DNA of 64,000 nucleotides from the NCBI GenBank assembly GCA_951406725.2, contig OX597829.1:45818001-45882000 (forward strand), written 5' to 3'. Position 1 is the stretch's first letter. Each line of letters begins with the position of its first letter. The notes under the pieces were generated by a model, which was not told the DNA's origin, did no database searches, and saw only the letters and a list, made by a program, of their open reading frames with translations. This stretch comes from Octopus vulgaris (taxonomy: Eukaryota). The position numbers and the translations under genes were made by a program. Positions 24,339 through 39,532 of this stretch are shown here, one piece after another.

Positions 24339-26382
24339 TATACATATACAACCTTCACTAGGGTTGTTTCAGAAAAAGGAACTTTCCAGATGCACAGATG
24401 CAGATTGAAAGACAGTTTATAACAGACAACAAAGCCATTGAGATTATTTGAGAATCATGGTTTTTGTGGTTATTGTATAACTGTTATTGTTAAAGTGTAA
24501 TCCCAGGTCAACTCTGATTAATCAAACCCATGATCAAAAGTATTCTAGCTGTGATCATCTTTTCTTTTGATATTTTTAGTTTTAGACATTATTGCAAATC
24601 TCTTTTCAATTTAGGACAGTAGAATGTGACATGAGGGAGATTTAGTTGCTATTTCTTGCTGGTCCAATGACCACATGAGAGCTTCATTAGCTGAAAGAAG
24701 AAGTGGCAGTTTTGAGTTTAGATAACAACAAACATCATTGATGATGAACATTCCTTTGAGGGTTACCGGAATTAACTCTATGTATTAACCTTTAAGCTTA
24801 CACGATAAATAAATGTATAAATAAATAAACAGATAATAAATAAATAAATAAATGAACAAAAATTAAAAATAAAAGGCTCGTGTAAAAAAAAAACATTTAA
24901 ATAATCAATGATAATATGATTTCTTTATCAGAAAAAAAAAATCATTAAATAACAGAAAATTTTATTTGTTGTTATTTGGCGCCATGTTGAAATGGTACAA
25001 TCTCTGCAGCATTAATTTCGATTTCCAATTTGCAATATTAAAATTTTTTTTTTACAGTTACATTTTTAATGACCTTTGGGAAAATATCAAAACTTAATAT
25101 TTCCCATTATATTTTCTTTTTGTTCTAACAATATATTTGTTATTGTTTTTGGTGTCATTATTTGGCCACAGGTCAGCTCTGATCAATTAAATAAATCAAT
25201 AGTCAAAGACACTCCAGCCTGTGGCCATCCTGCCTTCGTACTTAGTGAAAGGGATCCATCCTGCACTGGATTAAGCGACATATCTTTTTTTAACTCTCAC
25301 AGCAGTTTATGAATTCAGGGAGGTTTGGCTGTCACTTCCAGCAGGTTGAGACACCACATAGTATCCCTCATTACTGTTTCCTGGACTGTGAATACTCTCA
25401 GAATATATTGTTTCTTATGTTGGGTAGTTCTTGATGTTAATAACCAATCATACTGAGGTACACACTGAAGGTGGTCTCCAAGGTCTTCATGTTCTCCATG
25501 ATGACTTTGATACTGTGGAACTTGAGGTTCTTCTCTGTGCAAGAGTATGGCTTGCTGTCAAATGTTTTCTTGGAATCAAATGTCTTGGAACTTAAATTAG
25601 AAATGATTTTATTATGAAATAATGAACCAGGAGAATCTTTAAAATATCAGGAAAAATGCCATGTAATATTTTATTTTTTTATCTTTTGTCATTTACCGAT
25701 TTCAGTTATTAGACTGCAGCCATGCCAGGGAACTGCCTCGAAGGGGATAGGTGGGAAAGATCAACTTTAGTACTGTTTATGTTTTTAAGGTCTGGTATAT
25801 ATTCAGTTGGTCTCATTTTGCCAAACTGCTAAGTTATAGGGACATAAACGAACCAACACCAATTGTCAAGTGGTAACAGTGGAGAACAAACACAAACATA
25901 AAGACACACACACATGCACACTCACACATATACACGCACACAAGGTTTCTTTCAGTTTCCATCTTCCAAATCCGGTTACAAGGTATTAATCTGCCCAGGC
26001 ACTATGCAATGGAATTGAATCCACAAACATTTGGTTAGGAAGCAAACTTCTTAAAACACACAGCTATACCCTTGCCTATAGAGTTGTACAAAATATCCAA
26101 TCAACTACTGCGGGTGGTAGGGTGGAGGAGGGGTTGATGTAATCAACTAGCTTCCTCTGCTTAATTATTATTATAGAATGGTGGATTTGTGAAATCATTT
26201 GAGCATCATTGCAGAACTTGTTCCAGTGCTTTATATTCTGAGTTCAAATCCTGCCAAGACCAACAACTTTGTCTTTCATTGCTTCAAATGAATGAAAAAA
26301 TAAAAGCACATCCAAGAAGTAGGGATAATGTAATTGATAAGTCCCTTCCCCTCAAAAATACTGGCCTTGTGTAAAACAGTTG

Positions 26383-26600
26383 CGGCGAGCTGGCAGAAAC
26401 GTTAGCACACCGGGTGAAATGCGTAGCTGTATTTTGTCTGCCGTTACGTTCTGAGTTCAAATTCCGTCAAGGTCGACTTTGCCTTTCATCCTTTCGGGGT
26501 CGATAAATTAAGTACCAGTTACGCACTGGGGTCAATATAATCGACTTAATCCCTTTGTCTGTCCCCTCTATGTTTAGCCCCTTGTGGGCAATAAAGAAAT
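26383..26600 (+). mobile_element. SINE family B
   Basis: CGGCGAGCTGGCAGAAACGTTAGCAC...GTCGACTTTGCCTTTCATCCTTTCGGGGTCGATAAATTAAGTACCAG...TGTGGGCAATAAAGAAATA. Confidence 0.88.
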
Positions 26601-26904
26601 ATATTTAATGGTGAATTGGCCAAATTGTTAGAGCATCTGATAAAATAACTTGTGGTGTATTTTTGTATTTTTTTTCCTAATTCTTTATTTTCTGAATCCA
26701 AATTCCATGAAAGGACAACAACTCTGCTTTTCCTGCTCTCCAGTGTTGATAAAACAGAGAGGACCAGTAAAATATGGCAGGGTCGATGTAATTGGTTAAA
26801 CCTACTGCTCACGAAATTGCTGGCTTGGTGCTTAAGTTAGAGACAATTGATACTACCATAACACCAGTTCTGTTCTTATCATTTTCTGTCAATGTTGCTG
26901 CAGT

Positions 26905-27385
26905 CACCACCACCACCACAACCACCACCACCACCATTATTGACATCCCAACACTACCAGCATTACCACCACTACATTACCACTACTGTGACCACCACCA
27001 CCACCACCACCACCACCACCACCACCAATATTGACATCTCAACACTATTAGCATTACCACCACTACATTACCACTGCTGTCACCACCACCACCACCACCA
27101 CCACCACCACCTTACCACCGTTGTCATTACGACCACCACAACACCAACACCACCACACCACCACCACATTACCACCGCTGTCACCACCACCGCCATTGTC
27201 GCCGCCACTGTCACCATCTCTACTAACATCATTATCACTGTTACCACTACCACGAACACCACCATTGCAACAATCACCACTACAACCACCATCAACTCCA
27301 GCTCCCCCAGCACCAACACCACAACCACCACCACCACCACCACCACCACCACCACAACCATCACCACAATCATCATCATCATCTT
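26905..27385. repeat. Degenerate (CAC)n microsatellite region with a 90-bp internal duplication
   Basis: ATTGACATCxCAACACTAxxAGCATTACCACCACTACATTACCACT occurs at about 26939 and 27030. Confidence 0.85.
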
Positions 27386-27778
27386 TAGTTGGTAGTATCA
27401 ATCTTAATATGTTTCATAATATACTCTAATAATTACAATATTCTTGCATGGTATCAACAAAACAAATAAAAGATTAAATAAGCACAAAAATAATTAAATA
27501 AATATAAAAAAAATTTTTAAAAAGATATAAAAGAAAAAAAAAATACCAGAATCAAAATCAGGGAAGAAAATAATAAATGTTAATTTGCACAATTGCAGAA
27601 AACCCGAATATTTTACTGTACTTTTTATTTTTATTTTATATTTCTTGCTGAATGCCTTAAAATAATTGAATACAAAATTCAAAGAAATTTATTTAAAAAA
27701 ATCTGTTTTTAAAAGAACTGCTTAAAAATAATTATTATGTGATTTCTAAAAGACTTTTACGTTTAATGTTTTTATGTA

Positions 27779-27814
<36 letters not shown>

Positions 27815-27989
27815 TGTATGTATGTATGTATGTATGTATGTATGTATGTATGTATGAGTGTATGTATTTATGTATGTATGTATGTATGTATCTATATATA
27901 TATGTATTTATGAATGTATGTATATGTATGTATGCATGTATATATATGTATGTATATATATATGTATGCATGTACATATATATATGTAT

Positions 27990-28034
<45 letters not shown>

Positions 28035-28116
28035 TGTACATATATATATGTATATGTATGTATATGTATGTAGATGTACATATATAGTATATATTATATG
28101 TATGTATGTATGTGTA

Positions 28117-28150
<34 letters not shown>

Positions 28151-28687
28151 TATGTATGCATATATGTATATATATATATATATGCATATGTATGTATATA
28201 TATGTATATATACGTATTTGTATATATATGTATGTGTATATATAGATATGTATATATATGTATGTATATATATATATATATATATGAATGTGTGTATTTA
28301 TATAAGTATATGTATATATATATGCATATATGTATGTATATATGTTATATGCATGCATATATGTATAAGTATACATTTATATGTACATATATATATGTGT
28401 GTTTGTATATGTTACTGTATCCTATATATGTACATATATGTGTATATATAGTCACATATATTTTGATGTATGTTTATATATTTATATAAAATCATAATAT
28501 ATGATATACATGAATAGGAGTGATTACATAAATGACAATGGAACAAGAAATTATATAAAGAACTTCCATTAGCTTACAGCTGTTTTTGCTATAACATGCA
28601 GTGCACTTTTAGTTGAGTGCATAGTACTGAGTTTGAAGTATGTATAAATATATATATTATATTATATTATATTATATTATATTATAT

Positions 28688-28729
<42 letters not shown>

Positions 28730-28730
28730 A

Positions 28731-29089
28731 TTAGGGCTTAGTAAAATAAATTACTTTGCCACATTCTGAACTTAGTAGAAATAGCAGCCCAAAAAAATTT
28801 TTCTTACCATTTCTACTACTTATAATTCATTTCTCTCGGTCATACTGCCTCGGTTCTCGCGGTTAAAATATAATGTTTGCTAGATAGACCACGTGGGTAG
28901 AGTAAACATTATCCGAAGAAAAATTTTTTTGGGCTGCTATTTCTACTAAGTTCAGTATGTGGCAAAGTAATTTATTTTACTAAGCCCTAAATATATAATG
29001 TAATATGTTGAATTCGCCTTAAATGGTCCTTTTACATACTGAACACTTGGTGAAATTGATTAATTAATTAATTTTACCCTCAATTGTTG

Positions 29090-29093
<4 letters not shown>
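28731..29093. repeat. (TA)n-inserted element: 75-bp inverted arms (28731-28805, 28916-28990) plus 100-bp tail
   Basis: TTAGGGCTTAGTAAAATAAATTACTTTGCCACAT...AAATTTTTCTT and its reverse complement, 1 mismatch. Confidence 0.9.
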
Positions 29094-29135
<42 letters not shown>

Positions 29136-29916
29136 CACACACATCTGATATAGGATAAAATTTTTCAAAAAAATTCTATCAGTGCCCAGCATATTAAAAA
29201 ATACCTTAAAGGTTAAATTTATAATCAACTTGTTTATAAGTTGTATATATATATATATATATATATACATACATATATATATATATATATGTATATATAG
29301 ATATATATGTACATATACATATATATACATATACATACATACATATATATATTTGGTGCTTGCTTTGGATTTCCTAAAGGCTCATTGCCTAAAAAATGCA
29401 ATTCTTTTATGCGTATTTTGAAGATAGTTTTGTAACACCTTTTGACGACGTGTGTGATTTGTTGGTTTTCATTTGATAGCACCATGAATGTCAACCCTGT
29501 TACTAGTTTTACTTACAGATTTATTAACAGGGAATAGTTTCATTGCTGTTGTGCAATAGAGGGCATTTGTAAACAATTCATCTGTACAATATTCTGCAGA
29601 CATAAAAAGAAAGGGAGACCACTGTATGTACATTCCTACTTTTTTTTTTTGAGTCTTCGCCAGCAACTGCATTTTACCTTTAACTTTCTATAACACATTG
29701 CTTATAAATTTACTGATACTAAAATAAACTGGATGGAATAATTAGCATATTTTATGCATTTGTGATTGCATGACTGAACATTAAATTACTGATGTATTAA
29801 CGGTGTTTTGTTTCGTTGCTGTATTGCACAGTAGAACTTTTGGTATAGAACTTTTGGTATGGAAATAATAGACAATGCATCTGTGCAATATGTGTCAAAA
29901 TATGTACACTCAGCAA

Positions 29917-30550
29917 GGCGGTGAGCTGGCAGAAACGTTAGCACGCCGGGTGAAATACTTGGCGATATTTCATCTGCTATTACGTTGTGAGTTCAAATTC
30001 CACCGTGGCCGACTTTGCCTTTCATCCTTTCGGGGTAGATAAATTAAGTACCAGTTATGCACTGGAATCGATGTAATCGACTTAATCCGTTTGTTTGTCC
30101 TTGTTTGTCCCCTCTATGTTTAGCCACTTGTGGGCAATAAAGAAATAAGAATTGTTAGCACAACAGGCAAAAAAATCTTAGCAGCATTTTGTCCATCTTT
30201 ACATTCTGAGTTCAAATTTCACCGAGGTTGACTTTGTCTTTCATCCTTTTGGGTTCGATAAAATAGATTTCTTTACTACCCACAAGGGCTACACACAGAG
30301 GGGACAAACAACGACAACCAAAGGGATTAAGTCGATTACATTGACACCAGTGCATAACTGGTACTTATTTGATCGGCCCCGAAAGGATGAAAGGCAAAGT
30401 CGACCTCGGCGGAATTTGAACTCAGAACATAACGGCAGACGAAATACGGCTACGCATTTCGCCTGGCATGCTAACATTTCTGCCAGCTCGCCTGGGTTCG
30501 ATAAAATAAGTACCAGTTGTACACTTGCTGGCCTTGTGCCAAAATTTGAT
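29917..30550. mobile_element. Cluster of three family B SINEs: 29917-30148 (+), and an older copy (+) interrupted by 30266-30492 (-)
   Basis: 16-bp TSD TGGGTTCGATAAAATA at 30250-30265 and 30493-30508, taken from the older SINE body. Confidence 0.9.
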
Positions 30551-30909
30551 GCTAATATGTACATACAGCTGTTGCACCTTTATATGTCAGCACATATGTT
30601 TTCCAATTAGATTTTTTAAAATTGTAATGCTGTGTTGGCACAAAGTGCTGTAATATATACATACATTTATATATATATATATATATATACATCGCAAATA
30701 TACACGCATTCATATATATATATGTTGAAACACAAAGACATAGTAGACTATAAATCAGGTATTTACCTTAAAACAATGATTTAGTTATAGAACTGTGATA
30801 GGTTCTGTAAATCATTTGGCTGGCCTTTGTAAATCTGATGTGTTAATAATTTATGTTTATATACATAGGTATATAAGTACGTTTACATATCTGCATATAT
30901 ATATGCATG

Positions 30910-30941
<32 letters not shown>

Positions 30942-30985
30942 CATATATATACATACATACATATATTTATATACATATATATATT

Positions 30986-31031
<46 letters not shown>

Positions 31032-31178
31032 AATGTATGTACATGTGCAAGCAAATGCATTTATATATATATGCATATGCATGCATACACACACATACAC
31101 ATATATATTTTAATATACAGCTACACAGATATAATGTTGTGCATTTACATACATACAAACATACATACATATATATAC

Positions 31179-31209
<31 letters not shown>

Positions 31210-31274
31210 CACACATATATATATACATATACATACATATATATATTTATAAATAAATATATATACATATATAT

Positions 31275-31491
<217 letters not shown>

Positions 31492-31887
31492 ATATGCTCT
31501 TTTGAAAAATTCACAAGCGTTGTGTTTAAATGTGTTTGTTCACATATTCTGATTTTACTGATTTTACAATGTCTGCAATAAACTTACTCTGGCAAATATT
31601 TTAATAAATTAAATATTTAGAATTATTTTGTTTGATTTTATTATCAAACCTAAATTTTAACACACTAAAATGGAGCCTTAAAATGGTAATATACGCTGAG
31701 TTTTTTTTTTCCATTTAAACTTGAAATTTTTATTTTAACATGGTCTTTAATTACTATCATTTGAACAAAAATATATCTCTTAATTGTTCATATGAATTTA
31801 ACACTAAACTGTTGCTTGGGATTTGGCATATTATAGTTTTGAAACCAATCTCCTGATATAATAATGAGTGTAGTGTTTTTATATATT

Positions 31888-31925
<38 letters not shown>

Positions 31926-32728
31926 TATGTATATGTATATGTATATATGCTAGAGCAGGAGTAGGAGGAAGTAGGTGAAAGAGTAGTACAAGTGACTGGA
32001 GAGTTGGAGAGGAGAGAAAATAGCAATTCAGTGAAGGAGAAGTGGTGAGAGTAATAGCCCTGACTGAGAGAGAGAGAGACAGAGAGAAAGAGAGAGAAAG
32101 TAATAGCAATGATGAAAGGAAGTGGCAAAGAGTCATCGTGTATTTTCTATTTTTCTCTGTCATAACATATGAATGGGAAAGGAAGGGGTGATAGATGAAT
32201 AACGAAGGAAGGGGTGAAAAAAAATCAGCTTGTCAACTTTGTGAGTATGTGTGTGTATGTAAAAGGGAGTAAAAGGGGGGATATGTGAATGTTTGTGTGT
32301 GTGTGCAATGGAAATGGGATGGTGAACATTCAATGCTGAAAAGAAAAAATCAAACAGCGTTTCAACTCTGAGTGAGTATATGTTTGTATGTGTGTGCGTG
32401 TACAAGGGATGTATCTGAATGTTTGTATCTGATTATTATGTACCTTATTTTGTACCTTATTTATATATAAAATACTGCAATTAGCCATCATCTTTGATGG
32501 CACAGTGTCAGCTAGTGTTTAATATTATGTAAATGGATTTTATATTTCTCTCTGTGACCATCTTAACACTGTTGCATATGTAAACACTTTTACTATTATA
32601 CTTTGGTGAGTGTGTTTGTGAGTATATATGAGTATATGTATGCATGTATGTATGCAAGTATGTTTGTGTGCATGTATATATATATATATATATATTAATG
32701 CCTGTGCACACATACACACACATACGTA

Positions 32729-32767
<39 letters not shown>

Positions 32768-33183
32768 GTGTGTGTGTAGTACTGCCTGACTGGCCCTCGT
32801 GCCGGTGGCACGTAAAAGCACGTAAAAGCACCCATTACACTCACAGAGTGGTTGGCATTAGGAAGGGCATCCAGCTGTAGAAACTCTGCCAGATCAGATT
32901 GGAGCCTGGTGCAGCCATCTGGCTCACCAGTTCTCAATCAAATTGTCCAACCCATGCCAGCATGGAAAGCGGACGTTAAATGATGATGATGATATACACA
33001 GATATATATATACATACAAATATATGTATATACATATACATATGTACAAACACACAGACGCACGCACACATTCAGATATATATGTATGTATATATTCGCA
33101 TTCATATAAATACGGATATGACGACTTATAATTACATTGTGTGTGTGTGTATATATATATATCTGTATGTGTGTGTATAAATA

Positions 33184-33236
<53 letters not shown>

Positions 33237-33280
33237 GTGTATATATATCTGTATACACACACATACATATATCATCATCG

Positions 33281-33324
<44 letters not shown>

Positions 33325-33786
33325 GTCGTCGTCGTCGTCGTCGTCGTCATCATCATCATCATCATCATCAAAGATTTCTGTACATACTTATGTGTTTTTT
33401 TGATACATTTGTTATTTCATGTTTTTTTTTGTTGTTGCTGTTATTCTAATATTTTCTGCTGAAGAGGCTTTGTTGTAGCATAGAATTATCAAATTTATCT
33501 TTTAAATGGATGCTTCAATTATTATCACCTTTATGTACGCATTTTACATTACTGTATATGTATGAATTAAATCTATGACTCACTTTAGAAAGGGCATTGA
33601 CTCTTTGTCCTATTTCTGTAATGTATGCATGTTTAAATACATACAACAATCATCTCTCTCTCTCTCTGAATATACACATATATATATATATGTAAGCTTA
33701 TAATTCTTATAAATGTGTTATATATAAATACGTACATATCTTTACATCTACATCTGTCTATCTATCTATCTGCCTGTCCATCCATC

Positions 33787-34170
<384 letters not shown>

Positions 34171-34172
34171 TG

Positions 34173-34211
<39 letters not shown>

Positions 34212-34423
34212 ATAGTGCTTGCAAATGCTTTTGTGTATGTATCTATATGTACATATGTGGGTGGGTGTGTGTTTGTGTATTTGTTTATGATTTTTATATA
34301 CTGTTAATAATATACTGTTGAAAAATTATAAATGAATGACGATTATACATAAAAAAATATTAAAAATCTAAAATGTATTAGATGTTAAATGAGTTAAACA
34401 TTCTTGGAGTTATATGATAGAAA

Positions 34424-34471
<48 letters not shown>

Positions 34472-35565
34472 ACATATAAATATATACGTTGAATTTATTT
34501 GGGCTTTAACCTTGGAATTTGCCTTATTAAGCTCATCCATGAGTACTGGTTATCAGATACAAATATGAAATGGAAATGGATAGTTTTACTGATGATATAT
34601 CTGAAAATCCATAAATTACTGTAGAGTGTATATATAGATATTAACAGGGAGAATGGGGTGAGCTATTCGTTTTATTATATAACTTTATAAAGGTTTCAAT
34701 GCTTTGTTATATTTCGGAATGGTCATATTGCCGGTTTAGCCAATAAAAACGCTGTTTGAAGTCACAACATTCTCACGGGATATAGGAATGGGTTTTCGCA
34801 AGATAAGTGCTCATACATGATAGTCAATCGAGGAAAGGTTGTCGACCAAACAAAATACATGAACGTCAATGGTTTGTCTATCTTCTATGGTTCCAATAAA
34901 TGCTGTTTTATGAGAAGAGTATTGCTATATTATTACTATATAATATGTGTAACAATATATTGTTTTAACATTATTGAACTAATCTTGCAAAAATACCGAC
35001 TCATCAGATTTATGTGTAAAATCCATTTGCTGGTTGGACTTTTATTTGAAGAATATGTACTCTTAGTTCAAGATGTTCTTATCACTTCATTTGCATATAT
35101 TCGAAGCAAAAAAAAAAAAAAAAAGAAGAAGAGAAAGAAAAGGACAAAACACACAAAAAATCCCCATATATATATTTAATAAATCACAAACTGAAATTGA
35201 CTGGTCAAGAAAAATTTCCTCTACTAAACTCTACATAACACACAAATCAACGTCAAATTACATAGCAGACACTGAATTGTGTGTCCACCCTCATTAATGG
35301 CATCAGAGCAGACACTGGTTATTTATAGACCTCTGACTCTGGAAACAGAAAAACCTCGTATCTTTTATTTATTATTTATGTGTTCATTTATTATTTTGTT
35401 TCTTCTATCTTCTTGTTCTCTTTGATTCATCCTATTTCTTGACAGTTAATTTAAACTTGTGGTTTACTATTTATTTATTTATTTATTTGTTTTTTGTTTT
35501 TTTTTAAACTTATGTTCTGTTACGATGTTAGAAACAGCTTAGGTTACAATTTCTATATATATATA

Positions 35566-35787
35566 CTCTCTTTACTCTTTTACTCTTTTACTTGTTTCAG
35601 TCATTTGACCGCGGCCATGCTGGAGCACCGCCTTTTAGTCAAGCAACTCGACCCCGGGACTTATTCTTTTTGTAAGCCCAGTACTTATTGTATCGGTCTC
35701 TTTTTGCCGAACCGCTAAGTGACGGGGACGTAAACACACCAGCATCGGTTGTCAAGCAATGCTAGGGGAACAAACACAGACACACAA

Positions 35788-35818
<31 letters not shown>

Positions 35819-35989
35819 CATATATACGACAGGCTGCTTTCAGTTTCCGTCTACCAAATCCACTCTCAAGGCATTGGTCGGCCCGGGGCTATAGCAGAAG
35901 ACACTTGGCCAAGATGCCACGCAGTGGGATTGAACCCGGAACCATGTGGTTGGTTAGCAAGCTACTTACCACACAGCCACTCCTGCGCC
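35566..35989 (-). mobile_element. SINE family A
   Basis: Full-length reverse complement, ends TCCTGCGCC. Confidence 0.92.
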
Positions 35990-36063
35990 TATATAAGTTA
36001 TAATAAGTCGTATAATAAGTTAAATCTAATGTCAAAGATTTCGGAAACTAATGTTTTGGTATA

Positions 36064-36451
36064 TTGGAAGCACTCCGTCGGTTACGACGATGAGGGTTCC
36101 GGTTGATCCGAATCAACGGAACAGCCTGCTCGTGAAATGAACGTGTAAGTGGCTGAGCACTCCACAGACACGTGTACCCTTAACGTAGTTCTCGGGGATA
36201 TTCAGCGTGACACAGAGAGTGACAAGGCCGGCCCTTTGAAATATAGGTACAACAGAAACAGGAAGTAAGAGTGAGAGAAAGTTGTGGTGAAAGAGTACAG
36301 CAGGGATCACCACTATCCCCTGCCGGAGCCTCGTGCAGCTTTTTAGGTGTTTTCGCTCAATAAACACTCACAACGCCTGGCCTAGGAATCGAAACCGCGA
36401 TCCTATGACCGCGAGTCCGCTGCCCTAACCACTGGGCCATTGCGCCTCCAC
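36064..36451 (-). mobile_element. SINE family C (tail type 2)
   Basis: Head GTGGAGGCGCAATGGCCCAGTGGTTAGGGCAGCGGACTCGCGG on minus strand. The 3' part is unrelated to that of 16323. Confidence 0.88.
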
Positions 36452-36837
36452 TAAAGCAGACTACTAATGGCTCAAAGGCTAGATAGTGGTGTTAAACCAG
36501 GCGAATTATGCTTAGATACAAGAGTTGATACAAACATGTGGTGAGCTTCTGTACAGTCTCAATGTACCCGAATAAAATATTTTGTGTTTCTGTTTTTGCT
36601 TGGTAAACACACTCTGGCTGTCTCACTCTGGCCTAGAAAACTACAATTTTATCGTGAAATTTATTGCTAAATATTTGAATAAGAACCAAGCTAAAACAAA
36701 CGAACTGAGTAAAGACATTCAGTAGACTATGTAAATCGATAAAAACACAGATTACTAGCAAAATAATCGATAATAGAAAAACTGCAGTGAGGTGGAGATC
36801 AGTTTATCAAAGCCAGAACTTTCGTGTATGTTAACGA

Positions 36838-36885
<48 letters not shown>

Positions 36886-36889
36886 TGTT

Positions 36890-36961
<72 letters not shown>

Positions 36962-37403
36962 TGTTGGTATATATATATATATATATTCATGTTTGTATAT
37001 ATATATATACACACACATAAAATGAAACTAATATCTCCCACACATTTTTTGTTGATGACCTAAAGTTATATTCTGGTAACATAAACAACATCAAGAGACA
37101 ATTTGAAGTCACAACATTCTCGCGGGATATAGGAATGGGGTTTGGCAAGATAAGTGCTCATACATGATAGTCAATCGAGGAAAGGTTGTCGACCAAACAA
37201 AATACATGAGCGTCAATGGTTTGTCTATCTTCTATGGTTCCAATAATGAATACTATAAGTATTTCGAAATTGACGATGATGTTGTATGCGTTGGTGCTCT
37301 AGGTAAATCTAGAGGAACGAGAGAATACTTTAGCAGACAATGGAAAAAAAAAAAAAAAACTCCGGAAAATATGGAATTCAGAAATGTTCGCATTCAAGAA
37401 GAC

Positions 37404-37561
37404 CAGGATTGGCTGTGTGGTAAGTAGCTTGCTAACCAACCACATGGTTCCGGGTTCAGTCCTACTGCGTGGCATATTGGGCAAGTGCCTTCTGCTATAG
37501 CCCCGGGCCGACCAATGCCTTGTGAGTGGATTTGGTAGACGGAAACTGAAAGAAGCCTGTC

Positions 37562-37596
<35 letters not shown>

Positions 37597-37827
37597 TGTG
37601 TGTGTATATGTTTGTGTGTCTGTGTTTGTCCCCCTAGCATCGCTTGACAACCGATGCTGGTGTGTTTACGTCCCCGTCACTTAGCGGTTCGGCAAAAGAG
37701 ACCGATAGAATAAGTACTGGGCTTACAAAAAAGAATAAGTCTCGGGGTCGATTTGCTCGACTAAAAGGCGGTGCTCCAGCATGGCCGCAGTCAAATGACT
37801 GAAACAAGTAAAAGAGTAAAAGAGTAA
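37404..37827 (+). mobile_element. SINE family A inserted in the R4/Dong remnant
   Basis: Family A body. The host reading frame continues on both sides. Confidence 0.9.
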
Positions 37828-38245
37828 ATATCCCATGATGCTTTTACAGTGACAATATTCCAAATATTGGAATATTAGATTGGACTGCTAATGAGATTCG
37901 CAGCTTCGGCACCGAAATTAGGAAGATAGTAACTGGCAGTGGCACCTTCATCATCATCAGCAGAATTTACATAAGATGAAAAGATGAGGGTGGAAGCATA
38001 AAGTTAGTTCAAACAGCTTTTGAGTGTCGCATTGTATCATTCAGGCAGCATCCACTGAACAGTAAAGGAAATAAAAAACGAGCACGTTACACGTGTACTC
38101 AAAATTGAGAGTAACAACATTTTCAGAGTAGGTGTACAACTATATTATGTGACCCAAAGGAAGCTGACCTGCTTCTACCTAAACTGAAGCTTCGAGGAGA
38201 AGCATTTAGTGTACCAGTAGAAAATAACGTGTGAGTACATATACC

Positions 38246-38659
38246 TATTTCTTTATTACCCACAAGGGGCTAAACACAGAGGGGACAAACAAGGACAGAC
38301 ATAGGTATTAAGTCGATTACATCGACCCCAGTGCGTAACTGGTACTTAATTTATCGACCCCGAAAGGATGAAAAGCAAAGTCGACCTCGGCGGAATTTGA
38401 ACTCAGAACGTAACGCAGACGAAATACCTATTTCTTTACTACCCACAAGGGGCTAAACACAGAGGGGACAAACAAGGACAGATACACGGATTAAGTCGAT
38501 TACATCGACCCCAGTGCCTAACTGGTGCTTATTTAATCGACCCCGAAAGGATGAAAGGCAAAGTCGACCTCGGCGGAATTTGAACTCAGAACGTAACGGC
38601 AGACGAAATACGGCTACGCATTTCGCCCGGCGTGCTAACGTTTCTGCCAGCTCGCCGCC
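38246..38659 (-). mobile_element. Partial tandem dimer of SINE family B within a single 14-bp TSD
   Basis: Full copy 38428-38659 plus headless copy 38246-38427. TSD TGAGTACATATACC at 38232-38245 and 38660-38673. Confidence 0.9.
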
Positions 38660-39295
38660 TGAGTACATATACCGTAAGCATGAAGATAACAGCAACATTG
38701 ACAGGAAGAGTAGCCTTTCCTGGACCTGCGACAGATATATACATTACATCGTATATAGAAGGATATATGCCTTCACTATCCGGGAACAGAAGATAGCTAC
38801 TAGATACTTGATAAACAAAAGGGACAAATACCACCACAAACCACGCTGTGATAGAAAATGCCTATTATGTTATAATCAGAGTGAAAAATATCAACTTCAT
38901 CATCAGTAGCTACCCCAAAATGTCAACAAGATGCTATCTCCCCACCACACACACACGCACGCACACTAAAAAGATCTATTCACATAGAGCATGAACGTAT
39001 TCGTAGGTGCATACACCAACATATATCCACGCTCAATTACATATTCACAAACGTTTCTTTGTTAGCGACCGGCTTAAACTTCATTGATAAGAACTTGAAT
39101 AATCTCAAAAGAAAAGCATCCATGCTTACATGTCATTTCGCTTGTTAAAATAAGGAGTTTGTTATGCAGAGTACTTCATACATAACAGGTTCTCTTATTT
39201 CCGAAGCTGTGGAGTCAGTTCTCTGGGATGTGGACCTCCAAAATCGTATATCGGAATGAACATGTAAAAATAAAAAAAAAAAAACCCAAATAGTA

Positions 39296-39458
39296 GGCGC
39301 AGGAGTGGCTGTGTGGTAAGTAGCTTGTTTACCGACCACATGGTTCCGGGTTCAGTCCCACTGCGTGGCACCTTGGGCAAGTGTCTTCTACTATAGCCTC
39401 GGGCCGATCAAAGCCTTGTGAGCGGATTTGATAGACGGAAACTGAAAGAAGCCTGTCG

Positions 39459-39532
<74 letters not shown>

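Larger units (their letters stand above)
37020..38943 (+). pseudogene. Degraded R4/Dong-type non-LTR retrotransposon (RT C-terminal half to CCHC finger), interrupted by SINEs
   Basis: [38 protein letters not shown] / GILDWTANEIR..RIYIR..FECRIVS / IDRKSSLSW..YAFTIREQKIATRYL..CDRKCLLC. Collinear with the ORF at 54621, with frameshifts and stops. Confidence 0.8.

Noticed and set aside
26792-27429. Mucin-like Thr/Pro/His-rich ORFs
   Set aside because: Open in several frames on both strands over degenerate (CAC)n, with no splice or domain support.
35749-36106. Recurrent ORFs such as LLSVSVYQIHSQG and RNTATHFAR that look like a gene family
   Set aside because: Chance reading frames of SINE families A and B.
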